DNA of 62,375 nt, the filler included, from Choristocarpus tenellus KU-1152 (lineage: Eukaryota; Protista; Phaeophyceae), in the NCBI GenBank assembly GCA_964200185.2. It is 7 parts of 7 records of this genome, joined end to end, with 100 filler letters (N's around TTAATTAATTAA, not from the genome) between each part and the next. Parts side by side here need not be neighbours in the genome. Positions count along the whole stretch, not along the records: positions 33,735 to 44,450 come from CAXNAD020002761.1; positions 44,551 to 59,239 come from CAXNAD020001136.1; 5 more parts are not named here. The stretch is one strand, 5' to 3'. The notes beneath the pieces are model-generated. The model was given only the letters and a program-made list of their open reading frames with translations. It made no database searches and was not told the DNA's origin. Shown piece by piece: positions 37,455-51,004 of the stretch. The position numbers and the translations under genes are program-made. The first letter of the stretch is position 1, and every line of letters starts with the position of its first letter.

Positions 37455-40400
37455 TCAACTTGCTTCATCTTCTTCAACACATCGTAATTGTGGCAGGAGG
37501 AACAAATTGGACCCTGCTACAAACAGATCCACAGGGTCAACATCTGTGCTGTTGACTGCATATTTGGCACCTGGGTGACTAGGGTAGACACCCAGTATCT
37601 GGGGAAATGAAAGTGCAGCAGTGCAAACAGGGAAGGGAGTTGACAATTTAAAAACACGGAAAAAGAGAGACTCAGTCAGATTGATTAGCACTACGCCTTC
37701 CTGGTATGTAAAAAACTTAGCAGAAAAGATGACCAGCACAAAAAGCAGCAATGAGCCACCTGAGAGGCGAGCACATTTTTCAGCAATATATCAATCTCGG
37801 AATCTTCAAATGATCCAATGCAAGAAAACACAATTCCTTCTTAGAAGTTGAAGTGAAACGAGGTATATACTGACACTGGGAGTACTAGTGTGGCTATTGA
37901 AATTGACATACTTGTTGCAACTCCTCACAAGAGGTTACTCATCTCCAGTCCGTCATAGTTTGGCAGTACTTGCACACAATGCCATTGACAGCTCTTGCCC
38001 GTCCTACCTCATTGCCTCACACACGTACAAGGATTGTGCAATGCCAACCCCCCCCCTCCCCCCCCCCAGTGTATTTTAAAAGAACAACAACGCACGGGAC
38101 AAGAAGCTTTACCCTCTTTTACATATCGAGCACGAAAGGTCACAACGAAGGAGACCCCCCCCAGCACAGCGTTGGTGGTTGTTGAAGTTTGCTATATGAG
38201 TTGGCAGGAATCTCCGATTTGTACTCAAAACCGGTGTACCGCCAATTTCTTGGCAGTATTTACTTTCCTGAATATGAGTAGGAATGGATCATACACACCA
38301 ATGTAACATACTTCAGAGTACTAAATATCAATAAATGACTAGTGCAAGGCGTACTTCAATCTTAGCACATGTACACCCGGCAACCAGAAACCCACCTGGT
38401 CTCCATCACACACCAAGGCCACTTCGTCTCGGCGGTGGAGGGGTACTCCCTGCCCCCGGAGGAAGTCCTTCACCTTGATCGGGCGGTTTCGCCAGGCAGG
38501 CTGGAACACATCCCCATTGCGCCTCTTCCTGTAGTGTGTTTGTGCGAAAATGTAGGTTGGGGGGATAGGAAGGTGTGAAACCATGGGAGGGGGGGGGGAT
38601 AAAANNNNNNNNNNCGGTTGCGCGTGTGGGGGGGGTGTGGTGGGGCGAGGGGGGGGGGGGGGGGTGTAGGGGGGGGGGAGAGGGGGGGGGGGGGGGGGGA
38701 TAAAATATGTTCCAGTAGGAAGGCTAGGTAGGAGGCACTAAGGAGGCCAGGTCGGGTTGCTGGTTCTTACAATGCACGGGGGCACACAGAGGTTGAAAGC
38801 TCTGCGAAAGGACATGTTACATCGTGTTGTTTCAATTAGATGCCATGCCCAGGTGCATATATTAATAAAAATATATAAAAGTTATGCGCAAATAGGGTGC
38901 TACCCCTATTTGCGCAAATGTTGAGTCAATGAGATTTTTATCTTTCGAGTGTGAGTGAAACATGTCTCAAAATGAGAAGGACAGGACAACAACACACACA
39001 CACACACACACACACGCACAAAGAGAGCAAAGAGAGCAAGACTTGCGTCGTGTTCTTCCGCTACATGGGATTATCCAAAAAGACAACAAGGAAGTTGCAG
39101 GGGGGCTGATCTCATTCTATTGGCTGAACATGAAGCTTAACGTGATGCTTGCTTTGTCCTATTGGTGTCAACGTCTCTTCTTGCACCATGATCCTGCCCA
39201 CCCAAACCTCCTTACAAAATCGTTGCAGGCATCACAGCAGTTACTAACAACCTTGACCTGACTCAAGAAACCCAAGTATCACACTTGTAGCGATAACCAC
39301 AAGCTCTTCGTGAATACTCAGATGTTACACGGGTCCAAACTAATCCGTTCAAAACATGAACAAAAGACCCCTGCGTTCTTGCCTGATGTGAATACCAGTA
39401 CCGTGAGGAACATTGTACAAGCGCATGGACTGCTGTACCTCCTTAGTGTCTCCATGCTCAACACCCCCCGAGGAAACAACCCTTGACACCCTGACTGTCC
39501 AGCCTGGCACATCAGTCACACGTTGCTGCTCTGTACTAACCAAAGGTTCAGACACTAGCTCCTCGTTCCGTTCTGCACCCCCCCCCTCCTCTTCATTCAA
39601 CCGAGTCTGAGATGCAGAGGCATCTTGGGGGACTCTGCAATCACTTTGAGGCTCAACTCGAAGTATGTCTCCTGAAGAAACATAAAACAGGGATGGGGTG
39701 GGGTGCTGCTGAGCAGCAGGACGCTGGCATTCTCAGAATGAGCTTCCCTTTGTGACCAGCTAGGTTAGGGAGGAGGAGAGAGCTACAAGGTGCCAATAAA
39801 CCACCCAGAGTGTCGGAATGCCCATCTTGCTGTCAGGAAGGGGTGGAGCGGTCGAAGGCCATGAGAAAGTCTCTGCCTTACGATGTGACTTTCAACCACT
39901 TCTGTTCATCGGAAACAGGGAAAGCTTTTGCCCACAGGCAAAGCACTCCAAAGTACTAACAAAACCCCGTAAAATAATATAAAATATTAAACTCTAAAGG
40001 CCTTGCAAGAGAGTCTCCTACATTCACACTTATTCGATCATCGCAGCCCCGGGAGTGTAGTGCATACAGCGTCTTGCAAATAGAGCTACTCTTACTTCTT
40101 GTTCCATGTAACTGCCACTACAAACAACAGCATCTCCACTGGTGATCGATATCGATGCGAATAACACCCCCCAAACCTACAACAGCAAGGTTACGGCTGC
40201 GTGCTACAAGCAGGTGCCACCAGTGTCAGTGAAGGACGACAGCAAATATAGCAATTCCCGAAACACATTCTGTAGTCACATTCAACTCAAGCATTCTTGA
40301 CCAAGGTCTAGCCAACCTCCCACCTAAACGTCGGACGCAAAGTCCACCTCCAAGTTGCATGGACCACATGCGTCTGCCGCACTCAATCTGCTTCATCAGC

Positions 40401-43400
40401 AGCACTAGTCGCGAGTATGAGAAGCTCGCCCCGCTTGTGTTTGCTGTGTATGGGAGGGGGGCAGATTACGGTGAACCGGCATCAGGGCTGGCGAAAAGTA
40501 GGGTAGCGGAGTATTGGGTGGGGGGATTGGGGGGGCCGGTAAGGGCATGTTGAAAGTGCTTGTGGAAACACAGATGACACCTTGGGGTATTTGGAACAGA
40601 AGAACACAGACACACACAGACACACACAAGAAAATGTAGCTCTAACAAACACAACCGACAAAGAAGGAAAAAAAAAGTAAGTGGTCACAAAAAAAAAAAT
40701 GCTAGAAAGAAAACAGTCAAAAAGATGAGCGCCTCTTCAAGCCCCTCAGAGGCAATAATCTATGAGCGAGAAAGAAGAAAGATAGCCATACCTTGCTTGA
40801 TATGGCGGTTTGACTAGCTGAAAAGAAGCAGCACACTTGTCCTTCCAAGGTGGCTAGTGCACCAGGTAGGACAACAGCAGTACAGACCCGTGCGTGCATA
40901 CCTGAAACAAATCTGTGCATCAGCTCCTCCCTCACTAGCTCCGGCAAAATCTCCTCAGCCTCACCCCCATCCTCCCCCTTACCCACCACACTGGCTCTCA
41001 AGAATGGCAGCAGTGGGAACTCATCCTTCCTCAGCGTGCCATCACTTCTGCCCCCAAGGTACTTGTTCTCCCAGCGCCTCGCCTGTGCATCCAACATATC
41101 CCGAGCAAGTGAGCTCTGACGTGACACTTCATTGAGGCGAACCTGGAGGGCGGCCGCACCACCCGCAAGCTCATTCAGGATGGGTAAGAGTTGCAACCTG
41201 ATCAGTGATTGACCGTGCACAGCAGTGTCAAACGATGGAACCAAATAAATGTGGAGAGCAGGGGTGGGGGGGCAGGAGGGTCAAGATTGCCCTGCCAAAC
41301 AAACAACAGTAGTTGGATGGATCAGGTGTGACCATCGCAATCACTCATTCCATACTGTAGTCTCACATTAACACAACCCTCTCCCTTCTCCCCCCCCGCT
41401 GTGCTTGTGTCAATTCAGAGAACCAATGCTGGTGTTTCAGAACGATACGGTGATAGAGATTCACACGAGCATGTCCACATCTGATGCAGAGCATCCTTGC
41501 ATTGGCTCTACTAGGACCAAGCGTAAGAGACACACTATCTCTTGCATCGAGATAAACAGCACCAAGGGGGGAAGCTAACGGTCAAAATGTTCGTGAAGAA
41601 AAAATATATAAAAAAACACAATGAGAGGGCAGACCAACTGTTATCACTGGGAGATAATTTTCAGAGCAGTATAGTATTTCAAGGTTCACACTAGCGGACA
41701 CAATAAGGAATATATAATTACCAGCAACAGTATGTCTTCATGTACAATGCTCTGAAGAAATTTACTTATGACTGTGACAGGAGCTTAAAAGACACTACTA
41801 GTATGTCAAGAGGAAAATATTGGATTGATAGAAAAATAGACCCAAGGGTTATGATAATAGTAAAAACAAACAAACACAACAAATAATGCCACTACTTAAG
41901 ACAAAACCTTTCCCTGCCTCCCAACTTTCGTAGTCATACCCCACTCTTGCCTGACCCTATTTCGCTTGTACTTCATTTTCTGGTTTGACTTGTCCTCTCT
42001 CCATGCCTGCCCCTTGGCATTAAGATAGGTCACCAATTCCGCCTTGATCACTCCCAGCAGGGGACGAACAAAAGGCCCCGACACCCATGCCATGCCCTGC
42101 AGCAGTGTCACAGGAAAGTGCCATTGAGTGAATGCATGCGTTTCTATGCACATGAAGCATAATCGTGCTAAGTTCATCTTAGAATTTTTTGTGTGCATAA
42201 AACTTTGCACTTTCAGGCGGCATTGTTGCATGAGGTGAGGAAGGTTTGTAAGCAATAAAATATCTTACAACCAATGAAAGAGTAGGGAGTAGGCAAAACC
42301 CTCCATGAACATTACATCTGAAAGTATAAATGGAGATAGGAGGGAACAAGAGTCTCATAATCTCCCCACAGCATAGTAGGTGCGGAAGGAGCAGTTGTTA
42401 CAACTTTTCGACTCCCTTAAACTCCTCTCTCACCTGTAGATTAGAGAGGTGCGCACCTCGAAGGACCTTCAGAAGAATAGTCTCCGCTTGATCATCGCTA
42501 TGGTGTGCAGTCGCGATATAGCCCTTCCTCCCCCAACCGACCTCATTTACCTCCGTCGATCCATTCTTGGTAATTTCATGGACAATTGACTGCGATTCTA
42601 GTCGTCGCCAATTGCGAGCTTTCTCCTGAATCCCTTTCACATCCCCCTCTACAATCTCTTGGCCGTTGCTATTCGGCCCCGCCCTAGCAGCACACTCCGA
42701 CCAGTGGCGAACGTGGCAGACAATCCCGAGCCTAAATGCCAGCGCTACGACGAAGGCCTCGTCCTCGTCTGAATCTAATCCACGGAGACCATGATTGAAG
42801 TGGCATGCCTCTACTTGAAGTGGGGGCTGGAAGGTGTGCCTCGCGTATGAGAGTGCCAGTAAAAGTGCAACGGAGTCACACCCCCCACTCGTTAGAGCAA
42901 GGACAACATCGCCGTTGCCCACTCCGCAGCGGTCTCGGAGGGCAGTCGCAACGACCTTTTCCAAGGATTTTGTACACTCCTTGGTACTGTCCGAAAAATT
43001 TACCTCATCATACTGTGCATTGCAACCAAGGTTCCTGAAGTTGTTTGTCCCAAGGTCTCGGAGCTTCAAGGACTGAGACCTCGTCCTTCGTCGAGGGACA
43101 CGATCGATGTAACCCGCTTTACTCAACCCATTCGAGGGTTTCAATAGGGCAGTATTCGATGTCAAAGAAAAATGGTGACCAGAGGTCATGAGGGTAGTTG
43201 GTGGATACCAACCTCCTCGGCATGGTGTTGGGGCTTGGATTGGTGATGCCTTCACAAAAGCCGCAGAAGCGAGTATTTGACATTGTATCGATCTTTGAGC
43301 ACGATCTAATGGGATAGTCTGACGACCGGGGTGAGGGAGAGGGGAGGGTAGAGGAACTATAGTTTTAGGAGGCAATGCTTGGATATAGTGGGATGTAGCA

Positions 43401-43575
43401 GTGGTTAGAGCAAGGTGTTGGAGATCGACCTTTGGTCAAGGTTTTCTCCTACCCGTTGATGATGGATTATTCCTCCTCCCCTAGCAAGGAGAAAAAAAAT
43501 CACCAGCAGCGAGTAGAGCTTCAGCAAGCGCGAAACTCGCGCAGGAACCCCAATGGTGGCTAATCGCTTCCTCAT
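37455..43575 (-). CDS. tilS: tRNA(Ile)-lysidine synthetase, 8 exons, probably organelle-targeted
   Basis: Phase-consistent exons 43453-43575, 42434-43318, 41951-42096, 40902-41197, 40324-40443, 39383-39671, 38396-38528 and 37455-37598. Motifs: PP-loop SGGCDS, HFNHGLR, TAHHSDDQAET..LRG, RPLL, EDKSN...RNRVR, and C-terminal RNGD...KVKDFL...VPLHRR. Exon 1 is the least certain. Confidence 0.92.
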
Positions 43576-43692
43576 TGCATCCCTTAATTCAATACACACC
43601 CATTTTGAATTCGTCCTGTCACATAATATAGAAAATAAATGTGTTCACCATCCCATAAATGTCCATCATCCCTTCTGTTCAACACAACAGTA

Positions 43693-43717
43693 TGTAGTAG
43701 TAGTAGTAGTAGTGGTG

Positions 43718-43761
<44 letters not shown>

Positions 43762-44003
43762 GGTGGTGGTGGTAGTAGTGGTGGTAGTAGTAGTAGTAGT
43801 AGTGGTAGTAGTGGTGGTGGTGGTGGAGGTGGTAGTAGTAGTGGTGGTAGTGGTAGTAGTAGTAGTATATTTAACAGTAGTAGCAGTAGTAGCAGTAGTA
43901 GAAATAATAGTAATAGGAGTAGTGGTAGTGGTAGTATTAGTAGTAGTAGTAGTGGTGGTGGTGGTAGTAGTAGTAGTAGTATTAATAGTAGTAGTAGCGG
44001 TAG
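43693..44003. repeat. (AGT/GGT)n microsatellite
   Basis: About 310 bp of compound trinucleotide repeat just upstream of tilS. Confidence 0.95.
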
Positions 44004-44605
44004 CAATTCTCTTGATACTCTAAAACGGAGAAGTTCATGAAGTAATCTGAGTTTTGGGGATGGGAGAAATCTGGTAGGACGGACGTACAGGGAAGGGAGG
44101 GTGATTAGAGAAAAATAAATAAATATATATATATATATGTAAGGGTGGACGAGTTAAGTACTGAGTGGCCAGGAGGCAGAAGAGGTAGGCGATAAGAGAT
44201 GGGTGTTAGGTGGAAGCACGAGGTAGGAAGGAATAACAGCCGATTTCAAAAATTGAAGATGGAGCTTTTCATTGAGGATGGGCTTGACCCGAAATTGACT
44301 GGGATAAAGTGTCGAGATGTTTTTTTTTGTATTGTCATTTAAAAAAAATACGTATCCATTAAAAAAAAAATACATATCTACACTTTATCCCAGTCAATTT
44401 TGGGACAAAACCCTCCTGAATGAGAAGCGCCAACCTTGGGGTTGGAAAACNNNNNNNNNNNNNNNNNNNNNNNNNNNNNNNNNNNNNNNNNNNNTTAATT
44501 AATTAANNNNNNNNNNNNNNNNNNNNNNNNNNNNNNNNNNNNNNNNNNNNACTTCGTCTCTTTTTTTTTTTTTTTTTTTTTTTTTCTTTTTTTTTTGGTC
44601 GTAAA

Positions 44606-44792
44606 GGGGGGGGGGGGGGGGGGGGGGGGGGGGGAGGGCGTCTACACCAGGGTGTCCATTCGGGCCCTGAACAGGAAAAGTGTACTTTTATCATCCATCC
44701 GACGCATTCAACCAAATCACCAAAAAATAGCGACATGGAAAATTGGTCCCCGAATGGCCAGCCGCCAAACACCCTCACAGATACTTTGAGTC
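44606..44792 (+). mobile_element. MITE family A (left end lost in a low-quality G-run)
   Basis: GTCTACACCAGGGTGTCCATTCGGGCCCTG...CAGATACTTTGAGTC. Confidence 0.85.
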
Positions 44793-45210
44793 TGGTTTCC
44801 CAAAGGGATGCGAGTAAAAAGCAATGTTGAAGGACCTTGGGCCTGTGTTTTTCTTTCTTTCCTAGGAGTTGGACCTTGTGCTGGTTGGTGCTGTTGTTTC
44901 TGGAACGGATATTTGTGGGTGCACAAAATGACTCACCGTACTCTGCCCAAGCCATCCTGTCCAGCTTTCCTTTTTGCTATATTTCTTCGTCTGCCATTTT
45001 TATTCCATTTCTCGCTTTCTCTCTTCTCTGGAACCTCTACCCAGGTGTGTGAAAACCAATCTGTTAATAACTCCCATATCTACTCACCTACCTACCTACC
45101 TACCCACATAATACATAGAGACATGATATTAAAAATATCAGTAGCGACAGTAGTAGTAGTGTATATGAAACACTACAATCCTAGAATCCTAATATCAGTA
45201 ACACAACAAT

Positions 45211-45256
45211 ACAACAGGAACAGGAACAGGAACAGGAACAGGAACAGGAACAGGAC
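45211..45256. repeat. (AACAGG)n hexamer repeat
   Basis: About 7 perfect units. Confidence 0.95.
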
Positions 45257-45409
45257 CAATGCCCCAGGACTCTGCACAAGACTTGGAGTATTTGTTTTAT
45301 ATTCTTCTACACTAGTGCAACCCACAAAAGCGTAGAGTAAGCTGTGGTGGTTCTAACGTGCAACATGCAAATCATTCTTTAAAACACCATTTTCTCCTAC
45401 TACTCACAC

Positions 45410-46260
45410 CTAAGAAAAATCTAAGGGCACTACTTTTTCTGTTGAAGTCCTTGGGACTCCCATTCTCATTAACACCTCATCTAGAACAAGTCTACGAATA
45501 TGGTAGGGTTCCCAACCAAAAACCGACCTTGTGACTTCGTATGGGTGCTTATTGCGAAGAATATTTCTCAACATGAATGAGTAGCAAGTGGTGTTAATCA
45601 AATTCCTTGTTGAGAATCGGCTGAGGAGGACTTTCAATGACTCCCATGCAATTATTGCAGCTCCATTTAGTGTCAAACAAACGATAGTGAATAAACATTC
45701 CATGAGCGGTACCTTCAGGTTCCCTGCAAGAAAAAGATTGCGACCCCTGAGGTATAGTTCGTCGACTCACGCTCTATACATAAATATGCGGATTCCATGT
45801 AGGAACACTACACTTTCTAACTTGTTAGAGGTAAATTCCCCACTGAGGGTTTGAAAAAATCCTTCAAAGTATGCAATAGCTGGGATGCTCAGCAACTCTG
45901 TGTGAATCTTAGTCTGGTAAATCACTTGGTTTTAGTATTCTGTCGTGGGATTTGGATCTATGTGAATGGTTCAATTAGTAGAGATAACCAGTGCATTCGT
46001 TATAATCTATAAATTGTCATTCTCAGTTTTAAGCAAGCAGCTCCTGTTCGCTACGACTTTGTGTGAAAGTAAGATTAATGCAACAATTTTTTGTTAGGGT
46101 GCATGCCCTATTTGCTACTTCTCCCCTGCGTACCCCTATATTCCTCGCGTGTCCTGGTGAAAGAAGATAACCCAATGTCTCCTGACACAATCAACCCTAG
46201 CTATACCACGGAGTTCATGTTTGGCAACTGGGCCCTCCCTGGCTCAAAGACAACTAGCCA
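45410..46260 (-). mobile_element. Heavily decayed LINE reverse transcriptase
   Basis: Fragments in the expected RT order: AREGP (cf. KAPGPDG), PNKKIVALILLSHKVVANR (cf. YRPIALL..YKIL..R), SQSFSCREPEG/KVPLMECLFTIV (cf. GVPQG.PLSP.LF). Many stops. Confidence 0.35.
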
Positions 46261-49200
46261 CCACCAGACATGCATACTGTAGTTTGTCAAGGCTGCGTTG
46301 TGCCACCGATCTGTATATTGAGAAAACGTTTCATTGGTAGATACAGGCACCTAGAGTGGAGTATCGTCCACTATCTGCTGTAGCAGCCACTCGTTGTTCC
46401 TTCTTCACAGAAGAGTTTATCGTGGACAAACCTTTAGGTATAGGTTAGCCTGGACAGTTGTGCCTCCTCTAATTCAGCTGCCCTGATGTGGAACCTCCCT
46501 GTCCTTGGGAATCACCCTGGTCTTAGGGAACCTCCACTACCGTACTTTTCTCACTTCTTCAAACGAAGCTTAGGGTTATTTTTCACTGGCAGTCAGGGTT
46601 AGGGTTAGGGTTAGGTTTTCGAAGATGTGTGTGAAAAAGTAAAAAGTAGCGGATCCTTGAGAGGAGGTGTTCTCAAGTGGACATTGTACTGCCACACCAC
46701 TTATTGTAGAATGTTTCCTTGGCTGGTTGGGGATATTTTTCACACACAGGTTATGGTTAGGGTTAGAGTTGGGGTTGGGGGTAGAGTTTTTGAATGTACG
46801 TCCGAAAAGTGAAATATCACAGTGGTGGCCTTAAGACAAGGGGGCTCCCCTGTGCACTGGACCGCTATGTTTTTCCACTATGGTAGTGGTGAATGAAACT
46901 AATACTAAGGAGATTGAGATAATGGAGATGGGGGAGGTTGCATGGTAAACTAATTCACTGGAACATTTTGGCATACGAGCTACACTGTTTTGTTCGAGTA
47001 TATTCTACCTTTCGTATGTTTGTCCCTTACCTCTTCATCTTGGCATTATCTAAGAAAATTCCTACTGCTTATCTATGGGATTAGCCTTAACTCCTTCAAG
47101 AAAATATTGGTTATATACTATTTACAATCTTTGCTGCCAGAATATTTTCATGTAGACCATTGATGGGCATATACGAAATGCTGGCTTCGCCTACCACTTC
47201 GGCGTATGTCATCGAGTACAGTAGGAGCAGCAGTGGCGGCAGTGGCGGAGTACATTGACCGTGTTATCATAGTAGAGTTATATTATGCCGATCTTCTACC
47301 TCACTTCTTCTGATCCTGCTGCAGGAAGAATGCATATTCTCCATACAGGAAAGCAGGGCAGGATATAATAATGACCAACCGATCATACAAGGGAGCACCA
47401 CAAAGATTACAAGACATCATCTGCTACTCATATCGGGACTCAGACAAAGACAAAATGACAGCAGCAGCCGTTATAAAAATACTTGGAGTACTTGTTATCT
47501 TTCTTTCTTTTGTTGTGTCTTAATCCCCTTCAGTCTGGTGTCAATACTAGGAGGGTGCACTGCATGAAAGCGGTACGATCTTCTACTCCATCCATTACAT
47601 ATCAATAAAATTATTGTCGCCAAAACATTAGATTTTACCTATGGCAGATTCGGAGTGCATGGCCATGCCAGGAAGTACAGGGTGAAAACCGAGTGATACA
47701 GACCAAAAAAGAGCGGACATGGAGTCACCGAGCGCCACAGTGACTACACCACAGAGGTATTCACACCTATGTCGGTTTGCATGCCTGCCTTAGGCCGCTT
47801 TCCTCCCCTGTACATAGGTACACTGTTACTTGTCCCACACTTGCTACCCTGTCTTCCATTTAACGCCTCCCTTGGTCCAATAAAACACTACTGTGGTATA
47901 AGCAAGAGGCCAAGTGGATGAAGGTGGTGTCCCTTTTTGGAGTCTATAGGACAACTCAACCAATGCCTTTACATGGACTGCAAAGTCTCAACACAGGTGG
48001 AATGGCAAAAAACGAACGTGCAGAGACAGTGTGGCCAACTCTCGTTGATTTGTTGGACTGAGAGCAGGAGTAGTCTTCTTCGGAGTCAGGTCCCATCTCA
48101 AGCAACCCTTGCAGCACAGGATGCGTTAATGTGTATACCAATTATTGTATGTTCAAACATGAACTCAATCCTTGCATAACATACAGCTAAGTCAGAGAGA
48201 GAGTTCAGCCACATATTTAATGTCTGAAGACTGGAGAAATACTGAAAACTATGGTTTCGATTATATAGATTCGATACATACCTAATGATTGTCTTTACTC
48301 AATTTGCACCATTTGGACAAAGGCCACTGTAATGTCCTCATTCCAGAGGATGATACACCAATTCTGGTGCTTCGCACAGATGGAGGGGTTTTCAATTCTC
48401 CTTGGAAGTGCGACTTCAACTAGGACTGATGTTGATGCAAGATACATTGGTTGCAAAGACCATGCTTGCAGACATGCAGAATTTAGTATACATAGACATG
48501 CACTGAAGCATACATTTCGGCTGTGGGATATCACTAATACACTACAATAATGAGTATATTCACAAGTGGTACATGCTATCGAGAGATGACCAAAACTCAA
48601 GCCTATTTGATGTTATTTCAGTCAGGAAACCATGCATTTGGAGGGTATCTGTTCTTTTCCCATGGCATTGTTGACACGAGAACTTCACAGGTGGTCAAAA
48701 TGAGTATGAACTGAGGAACAATCCTTCAGTAAGCTAACATGCAGCCCTGGTCTATAGCGAGAATATCTACTGGAGCATGGCATCTCTACTCACAATACTA
48801 TTGATATGCAAGATAGGTTACACAATGTACATAGGGCACATTACAGGTTGCACACTCTGGCAAAAATAGAGTTACAAACACTTATGTGGCTCATGTGGAC
48901 ACACTTGGAAGTGTAAGGGACTAAGATCTCACAGCACTCATGAAGGAGGGTAAGACAGTAAGGAGTCTGAAGACATAAACGCTCCCAGTTCCATGAAAAC
49001 TTTCCCCAGTATTAGCTTTGCGACAGAGAGAGATACCATGCAGTAGGTGTACAAATTCACTACAAATTTGACGGCATGATTAGCAGTCACTAGGCAATAC
49101 AGTTGACACAAAAAGCGCAATACTCGGACTGCAAGATTTTAAGGCAATGTCATATGTTGACCTACCTCATCAAATTTGAACTTCCTAAGTGTGGAAAGAT

Positions 49201-49654
49201 ACAGCAGAGCTAGACCTCTTTAGTCTTACTGCCCATTACATTTAACAGGTATGTAGCAATAGGCTCTCTGAACTCATGCACTCGAGTTCTCCCAAGGTAT
49301 GGTCTAATATGAAAGGGCACATTGGCTTTTTGTAAACTTGGCGCTCCAACAATATTTCTCCATGATATGGCATTATCAGTGGAACCAAAGAAGGATTAAA
49401 AACATAGCTCATACCAAAACCCAGTCACAGCTGCTACTACTACACCCATCATTGTATACACAACTGTAAATATGTTGAATACCATTGGTGACATGCACAC
49501 AAAAATTGAACTTGACAGAGGTCTACATCAATCTTCTAGGAGTATCACAAGAGTGTGGCTCACTGTCCGCTTAAGAGAGGTTTAACCTGATGGTATATGT
49601 TATTTCCACAAATCAATGATCAGTGTTTCTCAATACGCCACAGCCTTTCAATGT

Positions 49655-50829
49655 TCAAGCTTGATCGCGTGGTTCCACAAGCACCTCATTGACTGCGACA
49701 TGAGGTGGTGCAGTTACTGCGTACAGTACTGCGGCAGCAACGTCTTCTGGCTGCAACACTTGCTCCTTGGACGCTCCAGTGCCCAACTTGGCACCAATCT
49801 CCACCCCTTGCTGCGATGCAGCTTCATTGTCCGTATTGTTCATTATCAGATCTGTCGCGCAATCTCCTGGCTGAATAGTGGTCACCTTCAGCCCTGTGCC
49901 TACAACCTCCCTTCGCAGACCCTCAGACATTGCTTCAACAAAGAACTTCGACCCACAATAAACTGCTAGAGAAGGAAAGATCCTCCGGCCTGCATCGGAG
50001 GAAATGTTCACAATGTGGCCACTTCCTCTTTCAATCATACCTCCCAACACAGCTCCAATCCCAAACATCGTGCCTTTGCAGTTTACGTCCACAGTTCTCT
50101 CCCACTCGTCCTCATGCAAGTTCTTCATGTTAGTGTAGTACATGACGCCTGTGGCAAAGTTCGAGCGTGGTTGCAACTGTGGTCTGTTAGCCGGAAGTAT
50201 AATTGATACCGTCATGAACTAGGTTGAAGACCACTACGTAGTACTTATAATAAACTTACTGCCATTGCCAAATGACGAGTGATGTACCAATAATACTGCA
50301 ATACTGCTATACCTGCATTGTTCACCAAAAAGTCGATAGGACCAAAATGGGCCACAGCAGCCGCTACCAAGGCCTTGACTTGGTCGCGCTTTGTCACATC
50401 CGTCTCGCAGACTATCACCTTACCCTCGCCAACCACAGACTCTATCTTCGCCTTAATGCTTTCCAAAGCGTCCAACCTCCGAGCACCCAGTGCTACCACC
50501 GCCCCAGCCTTCGCTAGGGTCTCGGCAATACTTGCCCCAATTCCTCCAGATGCCCCCGTAACTATCGCTACCTTTCCGGAAAGCTCTTGCGACATGTCGC
50601 AAGTATTAAGGTGTGATAGAAGTGGACAATACGATCGCACAAATAGCCCAAACTCCACACTTGTGGGAATGCCCCTCCTTGTCTCCTGGAGAATCACTGG
50701 ATTCAAAGATATGACTCGTCGGATCACTGGAAGGATAGATAGGCAACTTGATTGAGGAATGAAAGCGAGAAAGAAAACTGCGAGGGTAGGGGCAAAAAGA
50801 CGATTTACACGGTGTGGAGAGGGAGACAT
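49655..50829 (-). CDS. Short-chain dehydrogenase/reductase (YdfG/COG4221-like), 2 exons
   Basis: Exon 1 ends at 50313 (start ATG at 50829 or 50595); exon 2 is 49655-50148. Motifs TGASGGIG, ARR (NADP preference), LVNNAG|VM, NISS, catalytic YCGSK, IQPG. GT-AG intron in phase 1. Confidence 0.93.
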
Positions 50830-51004
50830 AGAAGGGATAGGGGAAGAGGGCTTCAACGTATATTCATTTTTAGGGATACGATACGTCGTATGTTACTTAT
50901 TGATGGCGTTCAAACCTGATGTGGCGACCTGTAGAAAAAGAACTTCACCAATTTACAGAGCCAGGTCAACCAGCGGCTCCTCCTAGGGAGGAGTGAACGG
51001 AGAA

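Noticed and set aside
43553-44040. Poly-Val/Ser/Gly/Leu ORFs
   Set aside because: Translations of the AGT/GGT microsatellite.
47900-49400. Cluster of short ORFs downstream of the SDR
   Set aside because: No recognisable motif or consistent splice model.
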